Shown here: piece after piece, positions 1 through 10,647 of the stretch | Position numbering within the stretch: position 1 is the first letter of the stretch | How the letters are laid out: each line of letters starts with the position of its first letter | Source of the DNA: an uncultured archaeon | GTDB taxonomy: Archaea; Aenigmatarchaeota; Aenigmatarchaeia; PWEA01; JAGHBM01 | Direction: 5' to 3' | Length of the DNA: 64,000 bases | Assembly: GCA_964584335.1 (NCBI GenBank) | Contig: CAZOZN010000002.1 | Location: 194,974 to 258,973 of the forward strand | The notes under the pieces: generated by a model | Told to the model about the DNA's origin: nothing | Databases searched by the model: none | Seen by the model: only the letters and a program-made list of their open reading frames with translations | Program-made: the position numbers and the translations under genes

Positions 1-913
1 ATTTACCTCTTTTCATAACAAATTGTGTGAGTGAAAAGGATTTTTTGTACATGGGTTTAAGTATACCATCTTCCTGAATAATTCCCCAGTTTTCTGCCTG
101 AAATTTGCTTCTTAGTTTTAAAAACAGCTCAACAAAGAACAATAAGAAAAGCAATAAACCCATTTTTTCTATATTTCCTATAATAACAATAGAAGATATT
201 ATCGCACCCATCGCCATGGTTCCGGTATCACCTGGGAATATTTTTGCTGGGTACCAGTTGAATATTAAAAAAGCTAAAAGCGTTCCTGCTAGGGCGAAAG
301 AAACTGAAGATATTATTGCGTTAGACAGAACTAATCCAAAAAGTCCTAGAAAAATTGATATTATTAGACACAAGCCAGTTCTTAACCCATTCATTCCTCC
401 TAACATGTTGACAGCGTTTGATGCTCCCGTTATACCCAGAGGTATTAAAAAAAGAGGGTATAAAATACCGAAGTTTACCTGACCTATAATAGGAAATTTC
501 ATTACATAGTTCCCTGCCATGACAGCTATAAGTGGGAATGATGCAAAAACAGGTAGCAAAGCATGTTGCCATTGTCTTATTCCTTTTTTCCATCCCAGAA
601 TATCATCCAAAACGCCAATAAAAACTGTTATTAATGCCGTGCATAAAATTGCGAGCAAGAGAACCAATGTATCGCCACGGGAAACTGCTATTGCCGGCAA
701 TAAAGAAGCGGAGAATCCAGCTATTATTACAATACCACCCATTTCGGCTACTTCCGGCTTGTCTCTTTTGTTCATGTCTTTTCCGGTTATTCCTGCTTTT
801 TTGAAGGCTTTTATGAAAATTGGGGTTATTATCAATGTTACAAAGAAAGAGAATGAACCAAGTATTAGAGAAGCTAGCCATATAGGTAATCTCAAGAATG
901 CTATTGATATCAT
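1..913 (-). CDS. MraY/GPT-family polyprenyl-phosphate sugar-1-phosphate transferase (AglH-like); 3' end runs off the window
   Basis: Not in ORF track. Manual translation from ATG 913: MISIAFLRLPIW...GKDMNK...EMGG...GVLDD...NAVNMLGGMNGL...FNWYPAKIFPGDTG, the hallmark motifs of the MraY/GPT family. Confidence 0.88.
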   Translation of the reverse strand, partial: MISIAFLRLPIWLASLILGSFSFFVTLIITPIFIKAFKKAGITGKDMNKRDKPEVAEMGGIVIIAGFSASLLPAIAVSRGDTLVLLLAILCTALITVFIGVLDDILGWKKGIRQWQHALLPVFASFPLIAVMAGNYVMKFPIIGQVNFGILYPLFLIPLGITGASNAVNMLGGMNGLRTGLCLIISIFLGLFGLVLSNAIISSVSFALAGTLLAFLIFNWYPAKIFPGDTGTMAMGAIISSIVIIGNIEKMGLLLFLLFFVELFLKLRSKFQAENWGIIQEDGILKPMYKKSFSLTQFVMKRGK

Positions 914-922
914 TTTCCCATC

Positions 923-2590
923 CTATTGAAACGGATTAATCTGGCTCATTTGAGTCGTATCTTCATTTCCGTCTGTAAGTTCGTAAACTATGACACAGTC
1001 TATTATATTTGGATTATAAAGACAATTTTCTGGGTATGAATATACTTTTTTGTATTTATCAGAACTTTCTATATACTGGACGAAAGAAAGCGGATAACTT
1101 ACCTTTTCCCTACCTTCCTTTATCGAAAATTTTTGTATATACAAATATTCTATTCCATATAAGTCAAAAATTTCATATGTGGTATCATTTTGTAATAGAA
1201 TAGCATCTCCCATCTTTGGTTCGGCATTTCCTATAGGTGTTCTTTTACAGTGATATTCTGCTCTGCTCCCCCACATATTGTAAATTATTGTATCTTCCGG
1301 TGTATTTTCTCTTATCCAGTCACAACCAACAAAAAAAGCATCTGAGAAGTGTTTGATTGGCCTTAATGATTCTGACTTTTCTGATGCTCTTCCCATACCC
1401 CAGAATAGCAAGAAAATAACAAAAATTACCCCAATAAATTTACCCACCTTATCAAATGAAGATAGGTAATCATATATTTTTGAGGCGAAAAAACCAGCAG
1501 AAATTGCAAGAGGTGCTATAATTATAACAGTGTTTCTTGAAAGTCCTTCTACCCTTGTCGTTCCAAACAAAATATATACTGCAGAAAAAAGTAATATTGC
1601 CCACAAAACAGGTATTATGTATTTTTTCTTTTTTTCAATAAAGTAATAAGAAAATCCAAGTAAAGAGAATATAAATGCAGGTAAAGTATACGCAAATTCG
1701 GCATAATTTGTGAAACCAAATTTGTGAAGCGGGGCGGCAGTGCCTGTTCCTGATTCCTGCGGTTCTCTTAAACCAACAGTTTCTACTTCGGGAAGTGATT
1801 CTTCTACGCTTTCTTTTCCTCTGAATTGTACATCCAAGCCCACGGTTTTAAAAACTTTTGATAGTTTGTAATCAGGATTCCCTGTTTGTATGTAGTTATG
1901 GCCTATCGCCCACGGTGAAATGAAAAGGAATAGAACTATTATTATTAACAGAGAATCTTTTATTCTTTCATTCCATTTTTTCTTGTAAACAAATAATACA
2001 ATTATGAAAATTAGACCGAAAAGCACTGAACTTACCTCTGTTAGCGCGGAAAAGCCGAATAGAATTGCTGTCATTAGGATGTTTATTTTTTTATTATCCT
2101 CAAGATACTTGTAGAAGAAATATACGGATGAAATTATAAACATAAGAGCTATGTGTTCTGTATAAAGGAAAACTGTGTGAGTTATAAGTGCAGGCATCAT
2201 AAGGTAAAAAATAACTGCAAGTGTTGCTGCTCTTGTTGAATGTATTTTTTTGGTTAAAAGAAACAACATCAATGCTGAAATTATAGAAACAATAGGAAGC
2301 AACACTCTCATTCCAGAATCCCCTGCTATCGTGTAAAAGGATGCTAAAATAAGAAAAGTTTCCGGAGGTTTTGTTAAATACTCTACATTAAGACTATCTC
2401 CATATATCTCATCAGATACAGGTATTTCCATATTCTGGGCCATCCATTCCCCTCTTGCTGCGTAGTAACCTTCATCACCAAATACAAGAGGCTCTGAAAT
2501 TGAGACACTTAGATTAAAATAAAGGCTCAAGATTAAAGTTATTGTAAGTATGGAATACCAGAAAAACTTCTCATTGAACTTTATCTCCAT
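923..2590 (-). CDS. GT-C fold glycosyltransferase (GT39/PMT/ArnT-like), polytopic membrane protein
   Basis: N-terminal FGDEGYY loop, about 12 TM segments, C-terminal WIRENTPED domain reminiscent of the AglB C-terminus. Confidence 0.8.
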   Translation of the reverse strand: MEIKFNEKFFWYSILTITLILSLYFNLSVSISEPLVFGDEGYYAARGEWMAQNMEIPVSDEIYGDSLNVEYLTKPPETFLILASFYTIAGDSGMRVLLPIVSIISALMLFLLTKKIHSTRAATLAVIFYLMMPALITHTVFLYTEHIALMFIISSVYFFYKYLEDNKKINILMTAILFGFSALTEVSSVLFGLIFIIVLFVYKKKWNERIKDSLLIIIVLFLFISPWAIGHNYIQTGNPDYKLSKVFKTVGLDVQFRGKESVEESLPEVETVGLREPQESGTGTAAPLHKFGFTNYAEFAYTLPAFIFSLLGFSYYFIEKKKKYIIPVLWAILLFSAVYILFGTTRVEGLSRNTVIIIAPLAISAGFFASKIYDYLSSFDKVGKFIGVIFVIFLLFWGMGRASEKSESLRPIKHFSDAFFVGCDWIRENTPEDTIIYNMWGSRAEYHCKRTPIGNAEPKMGDAILLQNDTTYEIFDLYGIEYLYIQKFSIKEGREKVSYPLSFVQYIESSDKYKKVYSYPENCLYNPNIIDCVIVYELTDGNEDTTQMSQINPFQ

Positions 2591-2649
2591 TTTATCAATT
2601 TTGTTTTATACTTTTAAATATTTAAAAAACAGGCCTTATAGGTAATTAT

Positions 2650-3627
2650 ATGAAAAAAAGATATTTACTTTTTTTAATTTCAATATTACTTTTAATCGGA
2701 TTGATATATTTTTCAAACCCCCAGGAAATTTATTCTGTTTTAGTTGAAGCTAAGTTGAATTATATTTTACTTGGTTTGGTTTTTTGGCTTGTCGGTTGTC
2801 TAGTTAGAACATATAGATGGAAATATCTTCTTTCAAAAAGGAATATAGAAATAGGTTTTTTCTCGGCAGTTAAGATATATATAATGGGACTTTTTATATC
2901 GAACATAACACCCCTTAAGACAGGAGACCCCGCTAGAATATATTTACTCAAAGAAATTAAACAAAAAAGCTTCAGCAGAAGTATGCCATCTATTTTTATT
3001 GAAAGAATTTTGGATATCTTATGTTTGATATCCATATCAATTTTAGGTTTAGTTTTTCTTTCTTTTTCATCAGATATTTCTTATTACCTTTTTTTCTCAA
3101 TAATTTTGTATTCTTTAGTAATTTTTATGGTTTTGTTCTTTTCTCTTTCAGAAGGGAAGATGGAATTTTTCTTAAAGAAGATTATCGACATTTTTTCATT
3201 TTTACCCAGAGTAAAAAAACTGGATAAAAAGATTGATTATTTTTCTAAAAATTTCAGAAATTCTTTAAGAGAATACAACAAAAACACTCTTTTAATATCA
3301 TTCATAATTTCTGTTTTTGTGTGGATTCTTAATGCACTGGTAGGTTTATCTGTTTTCTATTCCATAGGAATAAATATTTCTTATTCTGTTGTTTTGGTTG
3401 TAATGTCTGTAGGTATATTGATAGGCATATTGACCATATTACCGGGTTCTCTCGGTTCAGGAGAAATAATAACAGTTTTTCTTTATTCACAGTTTGTAAA
3501 TGTTCAAGTAAGTTCTTTAACATCTGTAGCTCTTTTAAGCAGATTACTTAACTTTTGGATATACGTGTTTATTGGATTGTTTCTATTTTTAAGGTATGGT
3601 GTTAAGAAATCTGAAAATTACATATAA
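2650..3627 (+). CDS. UPF0104 / lysylphosphatidylglycerol synthase TM (flippase-like) membrane protein
   Basis: RTYRW, NITPLKTGDPAR, ERILD, LPGSLGSGE motifs; agl cluster context. Confidence 0.85.
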   Translation: MKKRYLLFLISILLLIGLIYFSNPQEIYSVLVEAKLNYILLGLVFWLVGCLVRTYRWKYLLSKRNIEIGFFSAVKIYIMGLFISNITPLKTGDPARIYLLKEIKQKSFSRSMPSIFIERILDILCLISISILGLVFLSFSSDISYYLFFSIILYSLVIFMVLFFSLSEGKMEFFLKKIIDIFSFLPRVKKLDKKIDYFSKNFRNSLREYNKNTLLISFIISVFVWILNALVGLSVFYSIGINISYSVVLVVMSVGILIGILTILPGSLGSGEIITVFLYSQFVNVQVSSLTSVALLSRLLNFWIYVFIGLFLFLRYGVKKSENYI

Positions 3628-5192
3628 CCTAGACTTTTAAGCCTTTCTTTTATTTTTTCTTCTTCGTCTTCCGATGTTTTGATTTCTTCTTGTCTTGATA
3701 GGGGTTCTCTGTATTTTATTTCTCTGTAATTTTTTATTATCTCGGATATAACTTTCCCATCCATGTCTTTTGGAACTTTTTCTTTCATTAAATGAAGAAT
3801 TGTAGGTGAAATATCCATTATGCTTAGATTTTTAATGTTTTGTATATTTTTGATGTCAGGACCAATTGCCATAAATATTCCTTCCATTGTGTGAAAGCCT
3901 TCCAGTTTTCTTTCTTTTGTGAATAATTTATTTTCATTTATCTTTGGCGAAGAAACTATTTGTTTCTTGAATTCAACAAAAATATCCGGAATATTTTTAA
4001 TGTAAGGACCATTAAAGAGCTCTTCTTTTTTCCAAACTTTTTGGATATATTTATCGAGTTTCTTGTCATTTTTTAATTTATCTATTATTTCGTTTCTGGT
4101 TTTTTCATAATCTTCCCTCTTAACTAACCCAAAGGGTTCTCTACTTTCCAGGTTTAGTCTTATATCACCCATTATTCCTGAACAAAATGCCTTTGTTTTT
4201 TTCCAGTCAGCGTCTATCATCTCACTTCTACTTTCCTTTATTTTTTTCTCCAAAGCTTTTGGCATTATTTTAAACAAATCAAATTTTATCTTATTTCTCA
4301 TTATGTTTGCTATTCCTGTTTTTTCAAGTAAGTTGAATAAGCTCCCCAATAAAGACTTTCTCTTTTTCTTTTCAAAGTAACCGTAATCAGAGAGAACATT
4401 ATTTAAAAATAAAACTCCGTAACTTGGGGCGAAACCGTGGTCAGATGCTATCAATAGGTTAGGTTTTTTTAATTTATTGTATAACTCTTCTATTTTTCTG
4501 TCTATGTGTTCGTAATATTTTTTTACAATTTGTTCGTATTCCTTTTTGTGATTTGGGTGTTTCGGGTCTATAAAACTAGCATAGTTATGGTGCAAATGTT
4601 CCGAGCCAGTTATAACAAGTGATATAAATTCGGGATTTTTGTATTTTAATATAACATCAAGAGCTTCAAATCTTTTGTCGGTAGCTTCATAAACTTCTTC
4701 TACAAAATTTCCACCACCCTTATGTACATGGTCTGGTTGTATTTTATAACCTATTTTTTTTACTTTTTTGCTTATTTCTTCGGGGTATATATATTCTGAA
4801 AAAGGAGGAGCCAGCCATGCTGATATCGTAGTTATTTTTTTGTTTTTTCTTGGAGGATAAGAAACAGGAAAATTTATTGAACAGCATTCATGTTTTTCTG
4901 TAAGGTAATCAAATAAAGTCGCTCCTTTTATGTCATTTGCATTAGGCACGAAGTGTTTGTATGAATTTTCCTTCTTCAACACAGTGTTGTAAAGACCGTG
5001 CTTTCCTGGATTTTTACCGGTTTGTATAGAAGTCCAAGCTAACATAGAGTGTGGGGGAAATACGGTCCTTAGGTCTCCCGAGGAGCCTTCATTTAGTATT
5101 TTTTCAAAAAAAGGAAGACTACCTTCTTTTATCCACTTTTTTATTATGTCTAGTCTTGCTCCATCTATCCCAACGAAAAGAGTTTTTGAGAT
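3618..5192 (-). CDS. Alkaline-phosphatase superfamily protein (type I phosphodiesterase/nucleotide pyrophosphatase)
   Basis: Reading frame continues upstream of the tracked ATG (5045) through FVGIDG...TVFPPHSMLAWTSIQTGKNPGKHG; also SDHGF and a C-terminal RLKSLGY. Start uncertain (see findings). Confidence 0.85.
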   Translation of the reverse strand: MSKTLFVGIDGARLDIIKKWIKEGSLPFFEKILNEGSSGDLRTVFPPHSMLAWTSIQTGKNPGKHGLYNTVLKKENSYKHFVPNANDIKGATLFDYLTEKHECCSINFPVSYPPRKNKKITTISAWLAPPFSEYIYPEEISKKVKKIGYKIQPDHVHKGGGNFVEEVYEATDKRFEALDVILKYKNPEFISLVITGSEHLHHNYASFIDPKHPNHKKEYEQIVKKYYEHIDRKIEELYNKLKKPNLLIASDHGFAPSYGVLFLNNVLSDYGYFEKKKRKSLLGSLFNLLEKTGIANIMRNKIKFDLFKIMPKALEKKIKESRSEMIDADWKKTKAFCSGIMGDIRLNLESREPFGLVKREDYEKTRNEIIDKLKNDKKLDKYIQKVWKKEELFNGPYIKNIPDIFVEFKKQIVSSPKINENKLFTKERKLEGFHTMEGIFMAIGPDIKNIQNIKNLSIMDISPTILHLMKEKVPKDMDGKVISEIIKNYREIKYREPLSRQEEIKTSEDEEEKIKERLKSLGYM

Positions 5193-5200
5193 ACCATCAC

Positions 5201-6232
5201 CTATAATACTTCTTCATAAACTTTTATTAATTCATCTGTAAAGTTGTCCCAAGTATATATCTTGGATTTTTTTCTGTTTTCTTCCCCCATCCTTTGAGCT
5301 TCTTTTGGATTTTCTATAAGGTATCTTATGGAATCTACCAGCTGTTTTGTGTTCTCTTTTTCCACTTTAAATCCCTCGTAATCAAGGGGTATGGTAGATA
5401 CTATAGCGCAACCCGATGCCATCGCCTCCGCCAGAACAAGCCCAAAACCTTCTCCTATCGAAGGCAGGCAAAAAACAAGAGCCTTTGAATAATAATCAAA
5501 CATTTCTTCTCTGTCTATCCATCCCAGAAACTCGACATTTTTCGGGGCCATCTCCTTAAGAGCTTTGCTTTCTCTGCCCTTTCCCGTGAGCTTGAATTTT
5601 ATGTCAGGAAGTTCTCTAGCAGCAAGCATGAGATATTTCAATCCCTTTTGTTTTGCAAGTCTTCCGGCGAAGAAAACAAAAGGCTCTTTCTCTGTTTTTT
5701 TGAATTTATCCCTGTCTATTACCAGGCCAGGCGGTATTATCTTTGTTATTTTTTCGCTGAGACCGTGTTCAAGAGCCTGCTTTCTTGCGTAGCTGCTTAA
5801 AAAAACCACTTTGTCGTAATTGTGAAGTATTTGCATCCTTTCCATGTAGTCGGATATGGAACCTAACATTTTTCCGCGCATCTTTATCCATCCCTTTCCA
5901 TACATTCCATGAACTATACACACTACCGGTTTTTTTAGCAGTTTGCCAGCAACATAAGAAGGGAAACATGCATTGTAGTTGTTTGTCTGTATTAAGTCAA
6001 AGTCTTTGGCCTTTTTTAGTATTTGGGGTATTGCAAAGTTTAACGCATATCTGTTTATTGGGATTCTATGTGTTACAATGTCTTCATACTTTTTTATTTT
6101 TGGGTCTCCTGTTGTAAGAACTTCGACATAAACTCCCTTTTTCTGAAGAGTTTTTGTTACGTGATAAACAACTTCCTCTCCGCCACCATGACACACGGGC
6201 ATAAACAACTCATGTGTCATTAGAACTCTCAT
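5201..6232 (-). CDS. GT4 family glycosyltransferase
   Basis: GGGE N-terminal loop, GRLAKQKG, EGFGLVLAEAMASG; ATG 6232 preceded by GTGAT. Confidence 0.92.
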   Translation of the reverse strand: MRVLMTHELFMPVCHGGGEEVVYHVTKTLQKKGVYVEVLTTGDPKIKKYEDIVTHRIPINRYALNFAIPQILKKAKDFDLIQTNNYNACFPSYVAGKLLKKPVVCIVHGMYGKGWIKMRGKMLGSISDYMERMQILHNYDKVVFLSSYARKQALEHGLSEKITKIIPPGLVIDRDKFKKTEKEPFVFFAGRLAKQKGLKYLMLAARELPDIKFKLTGKGRESKALKEMAPKNVEFLGWIDREEMFDYYSKALVFCLPSIGEGFGLVLAEAMASGCAIVSTIPLDYEGFKVEKENTKQLVDSIRYLIENPKEAQRMGEENRKKSKIYTWDNFTDELIKVYEEVL

Positions 6233-6263
6233 TTTATCACACAAAATTATTTGAATTAATATA

Positions 6264-8432
6264 TTATATGTTTTCTATTGCTTTTTCTATTTTTAGCCTG
6301 TATATTTTTACCTGCTCGTTCATGAAAACCCTTTCAAAATATTCTGTATCTTCCTCTTCTTTAAAGAACATTCTTGTGAACAATGAGTTTTCATGATTTG
6401 TTGGTATGTAAACAGTATATCCAAATTGTGGATGAATCCATACAGTTCCGGGTATAGTGTTGTTCAGATTTTCAAAAGAAACTTGAGCAACCGAACCGTT
6501 TTGCTGGTATATTAGCATTTTTTCTATTACAACTTCACCGTCTTCTGCCTCAATTTTTGGAGTTATTGTGTTGTTTGAGAAATCTAAAACCAAACCACCC
6601 CTGTATAATAATTTTGTTTCTCTTTGTTCTGACAAAGGCATTTGCGTGTAGAGAGGGCAAATTTGCTGGCCATTGTTTGTTAGTATACCCGTTCCGTCAC
6701 AGCCAGTTCCAAAGTACTGAAGCCATCTAAATTTACCTATCAAATCGTCTGATGCAATCCAGTATATTTCTGATGCATCTCCTTTGTAGTTCAATAAAAT
6801 TTTTGCAGCTTCTGTTTCATTATCCGTATTGAATATTTTGCCCAGATGTGTTATTCTTGTGTTTAACCCAGGGTCACAAGTTCTTTCTGGGCAGTGTGCC
6901 CCGTCTGCTATGTTTCTTCTTTCTGATATTGCTGCTATCCTGTGACCAGGGTCCCACCAAGTTCCGACTACACTATCTTCCGGTGTATTATCCCTAAGGA
7001 AAAAATAAGCCTCTTTCCAGTTGTTGTTTATCGGGTTTCTTTCTGATTGTTGCGTTGCGACTTGTGTTGCTTGGGATAGAGTAACTAAGCACACAAAAAC
7101 AGCAACTCCCATTATTATTGCCTTTGATATTTTTGGTGTTTTTTCTTTTTCTTTTTTGTAGTAAGGATATAGAACTATCATCAGTGCGGTAAATATTGCT
7201 AGTAAAATTCCTCCAGAAGGTTGCGTGAATGATACTAAAACGGACGCGAGGAAAAGAAAACCTATCAAGGGAGCCATATTACCCATTTCTTTAAGACTTT
7301 TGTATGCTTCTGATATAGCAATGCCGCCAGAAACTGCTGCAGCGGGTGCGAAAACAAGCATAAAACGAACACCTCTTGTTATCGCGAAGAAAGTCACACC
7401 CAACCAAGTTAAAAGTATAATACCGTCTTTTAAATCCCTTTTAAGGAGAAGAATAACACCGGTTATTGAGAATATGAACGGTATTGATAGTTCGCTAAAT
7501 AATCTGCTCCAAGCACCACCGAGAATGTTTAAGTTTTGCAATTCTGCTACGGAAATGTTTACTATTTGTACCTGTGCTGGATTAAATGTAAATCCTACTA
7601 ATGCAGTTATTATTGAGTAGGGGTTGTAACCCATCAACCAAACCAAAACAGACGAAGCTATGAATATTAACAGCAACGGAAAAAAAGTTTTTTTGAATAT
7701 TTTGAAGGATTTTTTTGCCCTTTCTCCCATTTCAGGCATTACCTTATTTTTTTCGCTTCCGGTTCTCCATTCTTTTTTGCCTATAAAAACCAATGTGATA
7801 AAGTAAGCAAAACTTGAAATCATTACTATTATTGGAATATACCAACCTTGTCCCCATGTCAAGCCAAAAAGAACCAAACCCAGGAAAGCAAGAATATGAT
7901 TAATCAAACTTTTCTTTTTGAAAGATCTTACCAGCAGGTACATTGTTAGCAGGGTGAAGAAAACAACCAAACCGTCTGTGTCGTAGAAACCGGCCATTGT
8001 TCTTGTAAGAACTGCGACACTTGTTCCTATGAAGAAGGCCGCTAAAAGTCCTGCTTTTTTGTCTGAAAATTCCTTTCCAAGAAAGAATGCGGGTATTGTA
8101 GCCAAAGCTCCATAAATACCTGCCATATACTTGCAGAAAAGCATTAAAGACATTCCCGAACCGAATATCATATATAGGTAAGCAGTAGTATAATGCATAA
8201 CAGGCGGATGGTTTATTGGTCTGCCGGGCGGGTAATAACTCATCGAATCCCACGCGGGCATTATTCCGTTTTCTACAACATAACCAGTATATCTGTAGTG
8301 AAAGTATGGGTCATAAGCTAACAGCCAGTCCCCGTCCAGAGTGAAAAATCTGATATGTAAAGACAATAGAAATATTATTAACAGTGCTATCAGGTACCAT
8401 CTTTTTTTAAGAACTTTTTTTATTTTTTCCAT
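6264..8432 (-). CDS. aglB: Oligosaccharyltransferase AglB (STT3 family)
   Basis: DPYFHYR, RTMAGFYDTD, SVAEL, RGVRF and WWDPG (WWDYG-equivalent) motifs; multi-TM N-terminus. Confidence 0.95.
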   Translation of the reverse strand: MEKIKKVLKKRWYLIALLIIFLLSLHIRFFTLDGDWLLAYDPYFHYRYTGYVVENGIMPAWDSMSYYPPGRPINHPPVMHYTTAYLYMIFGSGMSLMLFCKYMAGIYGALATIPAFFLGKEFSDKKAGLLAAFFIGTSVAVLTRTMAGFYDTDGLVVFFTLLTMYLLVRSFKKKSLINHILAFLGLVLFGLTWGQGWYIPIIVMISSFAYFITLVFIGKKEWRTGSEKNKVMPEMGERAKKSFKIFKKTFFPLLLIFIASSVLVWLMGYNPYSIITALVGFTFNPAQVQIVNISVAELQNLNILGGAWSRLFSELSIPFIFSITGVILLLKRDLKDGIILLTWLGVTFFAITRGVRFMLVFAPAAAVSGGIAISEAYKSLKEMGNMAPLIGFLFLASVLVSFTQPSGGILLAIFTALMIVLYPYYKKEKEKTPKISKAIIMGVAVFVCLVTLSQATQVATQQSERNPINNNWKEAYFFLRDNTPEDSVVGTWWDPGHRIAAISERRNIADGAHCPERTCDPGLNTRITHLGKIFNTDNETEAAKILLNYKGDASEIYWIASDDLIGKFRWLQYFGTGCDGTGILTNNGQQICPLYTQMPLSEQRETKLLYRGGLVLDFSNNTITPKIEAEDGEVVIEKMLIYQQNGSVAQVSFENLNNTIPGTVWIHPQFGYTVYIPTNHENSLFTRMFFKEEEDTEYFERVFMNEQVKIYRLKIEKAIENI

Positions 8433-8481
8433 GGAATGACCGTATTTTGTTTACTCATAAAAACAATAGTATATAACACTT

Positions 8482-9156
8482 TTAAAGCTTAAAGAGTTTT
8501 TTAAACAAGAACTTTGCGTTGTGTATACCGTCCATTACTGTTATTCCTTTTATTTTTGCTTTTGTTACTATTGGTATTTCTTTTACTTTTAGTTTGTTTT
8601 TTGCTATCTCGAATACCATTTCACCCTCTATTTCATATCTTTTTGCTTCCAAGTTCATTTTTCTAAGCGCGCTTGTTTTCAGAGCCCTGTAACCGGATTG
8701 GGTATCTCCCAACCATTTATGGCTCAATAATCCCTTGGGTCCGAAAGAGAAAAAATTTGTGATAAAGTTAAGTCCGAAGTTTCCAATTACATTTCTGGGA
8801 AAGGTGTAAAAACGACCGGCGTACCTTGAACCTATTACGACATCATTGTCTTTGAGTTCTTTAACCAGTTTGGGTATGTATTTTGGGTAATGTTGTCCGT
8901 CCGAGTCCAAAAACACTATGACATCTGCCCCGTTTTCTTCTGCGATGTAAGCTCCTGTTCTCAAAGCAAAACCTTTTCCATGGTTAAAATACAGATTTAT
9001 TATTTCTGCTTCTGTTTTTTCTGCTTCCTTCATGCTACAATCATGAGAACCGTCATCCACGTATATTACATCATCTACGTACTTTTCTGTTTCACTTATA
9101 ACGTCTTTTACTGTTTTTTCGACGTTATATCCAGGAATAACCGCTGTTATATTCAT
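8482..9156 (-). CDS. GT2 DPM1-like polyprenol-phosphate glycosyltransferase
   Basis: VIPGYN, DDGSHD, GKGFAL, DSDGQH, DTQSGYRA motifs; start placed at MNITAV. Confidence 0.9.
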   Translation of the reverse strand: MNITAVIPGYNVEKTVKDVISETEKYVDDVIYVDDGSHDCSMKEAEKTEAEIINLYFNHGKGFALRTGAYIAEENGADVIVFLDSDGQHYPKYIPKLVKELKDNDVVIGSRYAGRFYTFPRNVIGNFGLNFITNFFSFGPKGLLSHKWLGDTQSGYRALKTSALRKMNLEAKRYEIEGEMVFEIAKNKLKVKEIPIVTKAKIKGITVMDGIHNAKFLFKKLFKL

Positions 9157-9202
9157 AAATATATAAAGCCCCATTAAGAATAAATAAAGTTGGGGGTAAT
9201 TC

Positions 9203-10645
9203 TTGTTGAAGGTTCTTTTTTTAAATCCACCGCACAAATTCAGGATAAGCAGGTGTAGTAGGTGGCCGGAACATACAAAATCCGGAACGCTTTATTTTCC
9301 TTACTGGCTTGCTTATGCCGCGGGAGTTTCCTTGGAAAAAGGACACGAAGTTTCTCTTTTGGATGCAATAGCAAAAAATTGGAGTTTTGAAAAAACCTTG
9401 GATGAAATAAAAAAATTCAATCCGGATTTGATTGTTCTGGAAACAGTAACTCCTACTTTTTTTAGCGATATGAGATTTGTAAGTTTTGTAAAACAGAATA
9501 TTGATACAAAACTTTGTCTTGTCGGTACCCACGTAAGTGTCTTTCCAAAAAAATCCTTGAGAGAAAGCAAGGCGGATTATGTTGCAATAAAGGAATATGA
9601 TTATACAGTTCTGGATTTGCTTGAAAATTTGAATGGAAAAAAAGATTTGAAAGACATAGAAGGAATAGCTTATAAAGAAGATGACGATGTTTTTGTAAAC
9701 AAAGAAAGGGAATTACTGACAGACATGGATTCATTACCTTTCGTTTCTAAGGTGTATAAGAAATTTCTTGATATAGAGGATTATAGGTATTCTTTGGCCA
9801 GACATCCCATGGTACAAATATGGAGTGCGAGGGGTTGTCCCAATATGTGTACGTTTTGCCAGTATCCTCAAGTTTTTTCTGGAAGATGTTTCAGGTCAAG
9901 GTCGCCGGAAAATTTCGTAGACGAACTTGAATGGGTTAAAAAAAACCTTCCACAGGTAAAGGAAATTTTCGTTGAGGACGATACTATGACTATTGACAAG
10001 GAGAGAATAATCAGAATATGTGATTTGATAAGGGAAAGAAATCTTAAAATAGTCTGGTCTGCCAATTTAAGGGCGGATGTTCCTTACGAAGTTTTAAAGA
10101 AAATGAAAGAATCCGGATTCAGGATGGCTATAGTTGGTTATGAGAGCGGCAACCAAGAGGTTCTTAATAATATAAGAAAGGGAGTTTTATTGGAGAGAAC
10201 GATAAAATTTACTGAAGATTGTAAGAAATTGGGGATAAAAATATTCGGCTGCTTTATGGTAGGTTTACCCGGAGAAACCAGGGAAACTGTTTACCAGACT
10301 CTTGATTATGCTAAGAGACTTAATCCTGATATGGCTTTCTTCCAGCATTCAGTTCCTTTCCCCGGGACACGGTTTTACGAGTGGGCAAAGAAAGAAAATT
10401 GTCTTGTCACTGAGGATTGGGATGAATGGCTTGATGAAAATGGAAGGTTGGGTTTTTTGATTGATTGCCCTGAGATGTCAAGAAAAAAAGTAAGGGAACT
10501 GAGAGATGAAATAACAAAAAAGTTTTATACAAACCCGAAGTGGATAGGTTACGCGTTGACACACAATATTCATCCATATGAAATGGTCAGGATGATTAAG
10601 GCAGGTGTTGACTATTTTAAGTTTTTAGTAAGTGAGAGTGATTAA
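9203..10645 (+). CDS. B12-binding radical SAM protein, HpnJ-like
   Basis: CPNMCTFC, EDDT, GYESG, GLPGET, PFPGT motifs; N-terminal SRWP...YFPYWLAY resembles HpnJ. Confidence 0.85.
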   Translation: MLKVLFLNPPHKFRISRCSRWPEHTKSGTLYFPYWLAYAAGVSLEKGHEVSLLDAIAKNWSFEKTLDEIKKFNPDLIVLETVTPTFFSDMRFVSFVKQNIDTKLCLVGTHVSVFPKKSLRESKADYVAIKEYDYTVLDLLENLNGKKDLKDIEGIAYKEDDDVFVNKERELLTDMDSLPFVSKVYKKFLDIEDYRYSLARHPMVQIWSARGCPNMCTFCQYPQVFSGRCFRSRSPENFVDELEWVKKNLPQVKEIFVEDDTMTIDKERIIRICDLIRERNLKIVWSANLRADVPYEVLKKMKESGFRMAIVGYESGNQEVLNNIRKGVLLERTIKFTEDCKKLGIKIFGCFMVGLPGETRETVYQTLDYAKRLNPDMAFFQHSVPFPGTRFYEWAKKENCLVTEDWDEWLDENGRLGFLIDCPEMSRKKVRELRDEITKKFYTNPKWIGYALTHNIHPYEMVRMIKAGVDYFKFLVSESD

Positions 10646-10647
10646 AA

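Noticed and set aside
105-929. ORFs 105-482(+), 321-593(-), 519-929(+), 603-881(-)
   Set aside because: Shadows of the MraY/GPT-like gene on the minus strand (1-913), which the track missed because it runs off the window
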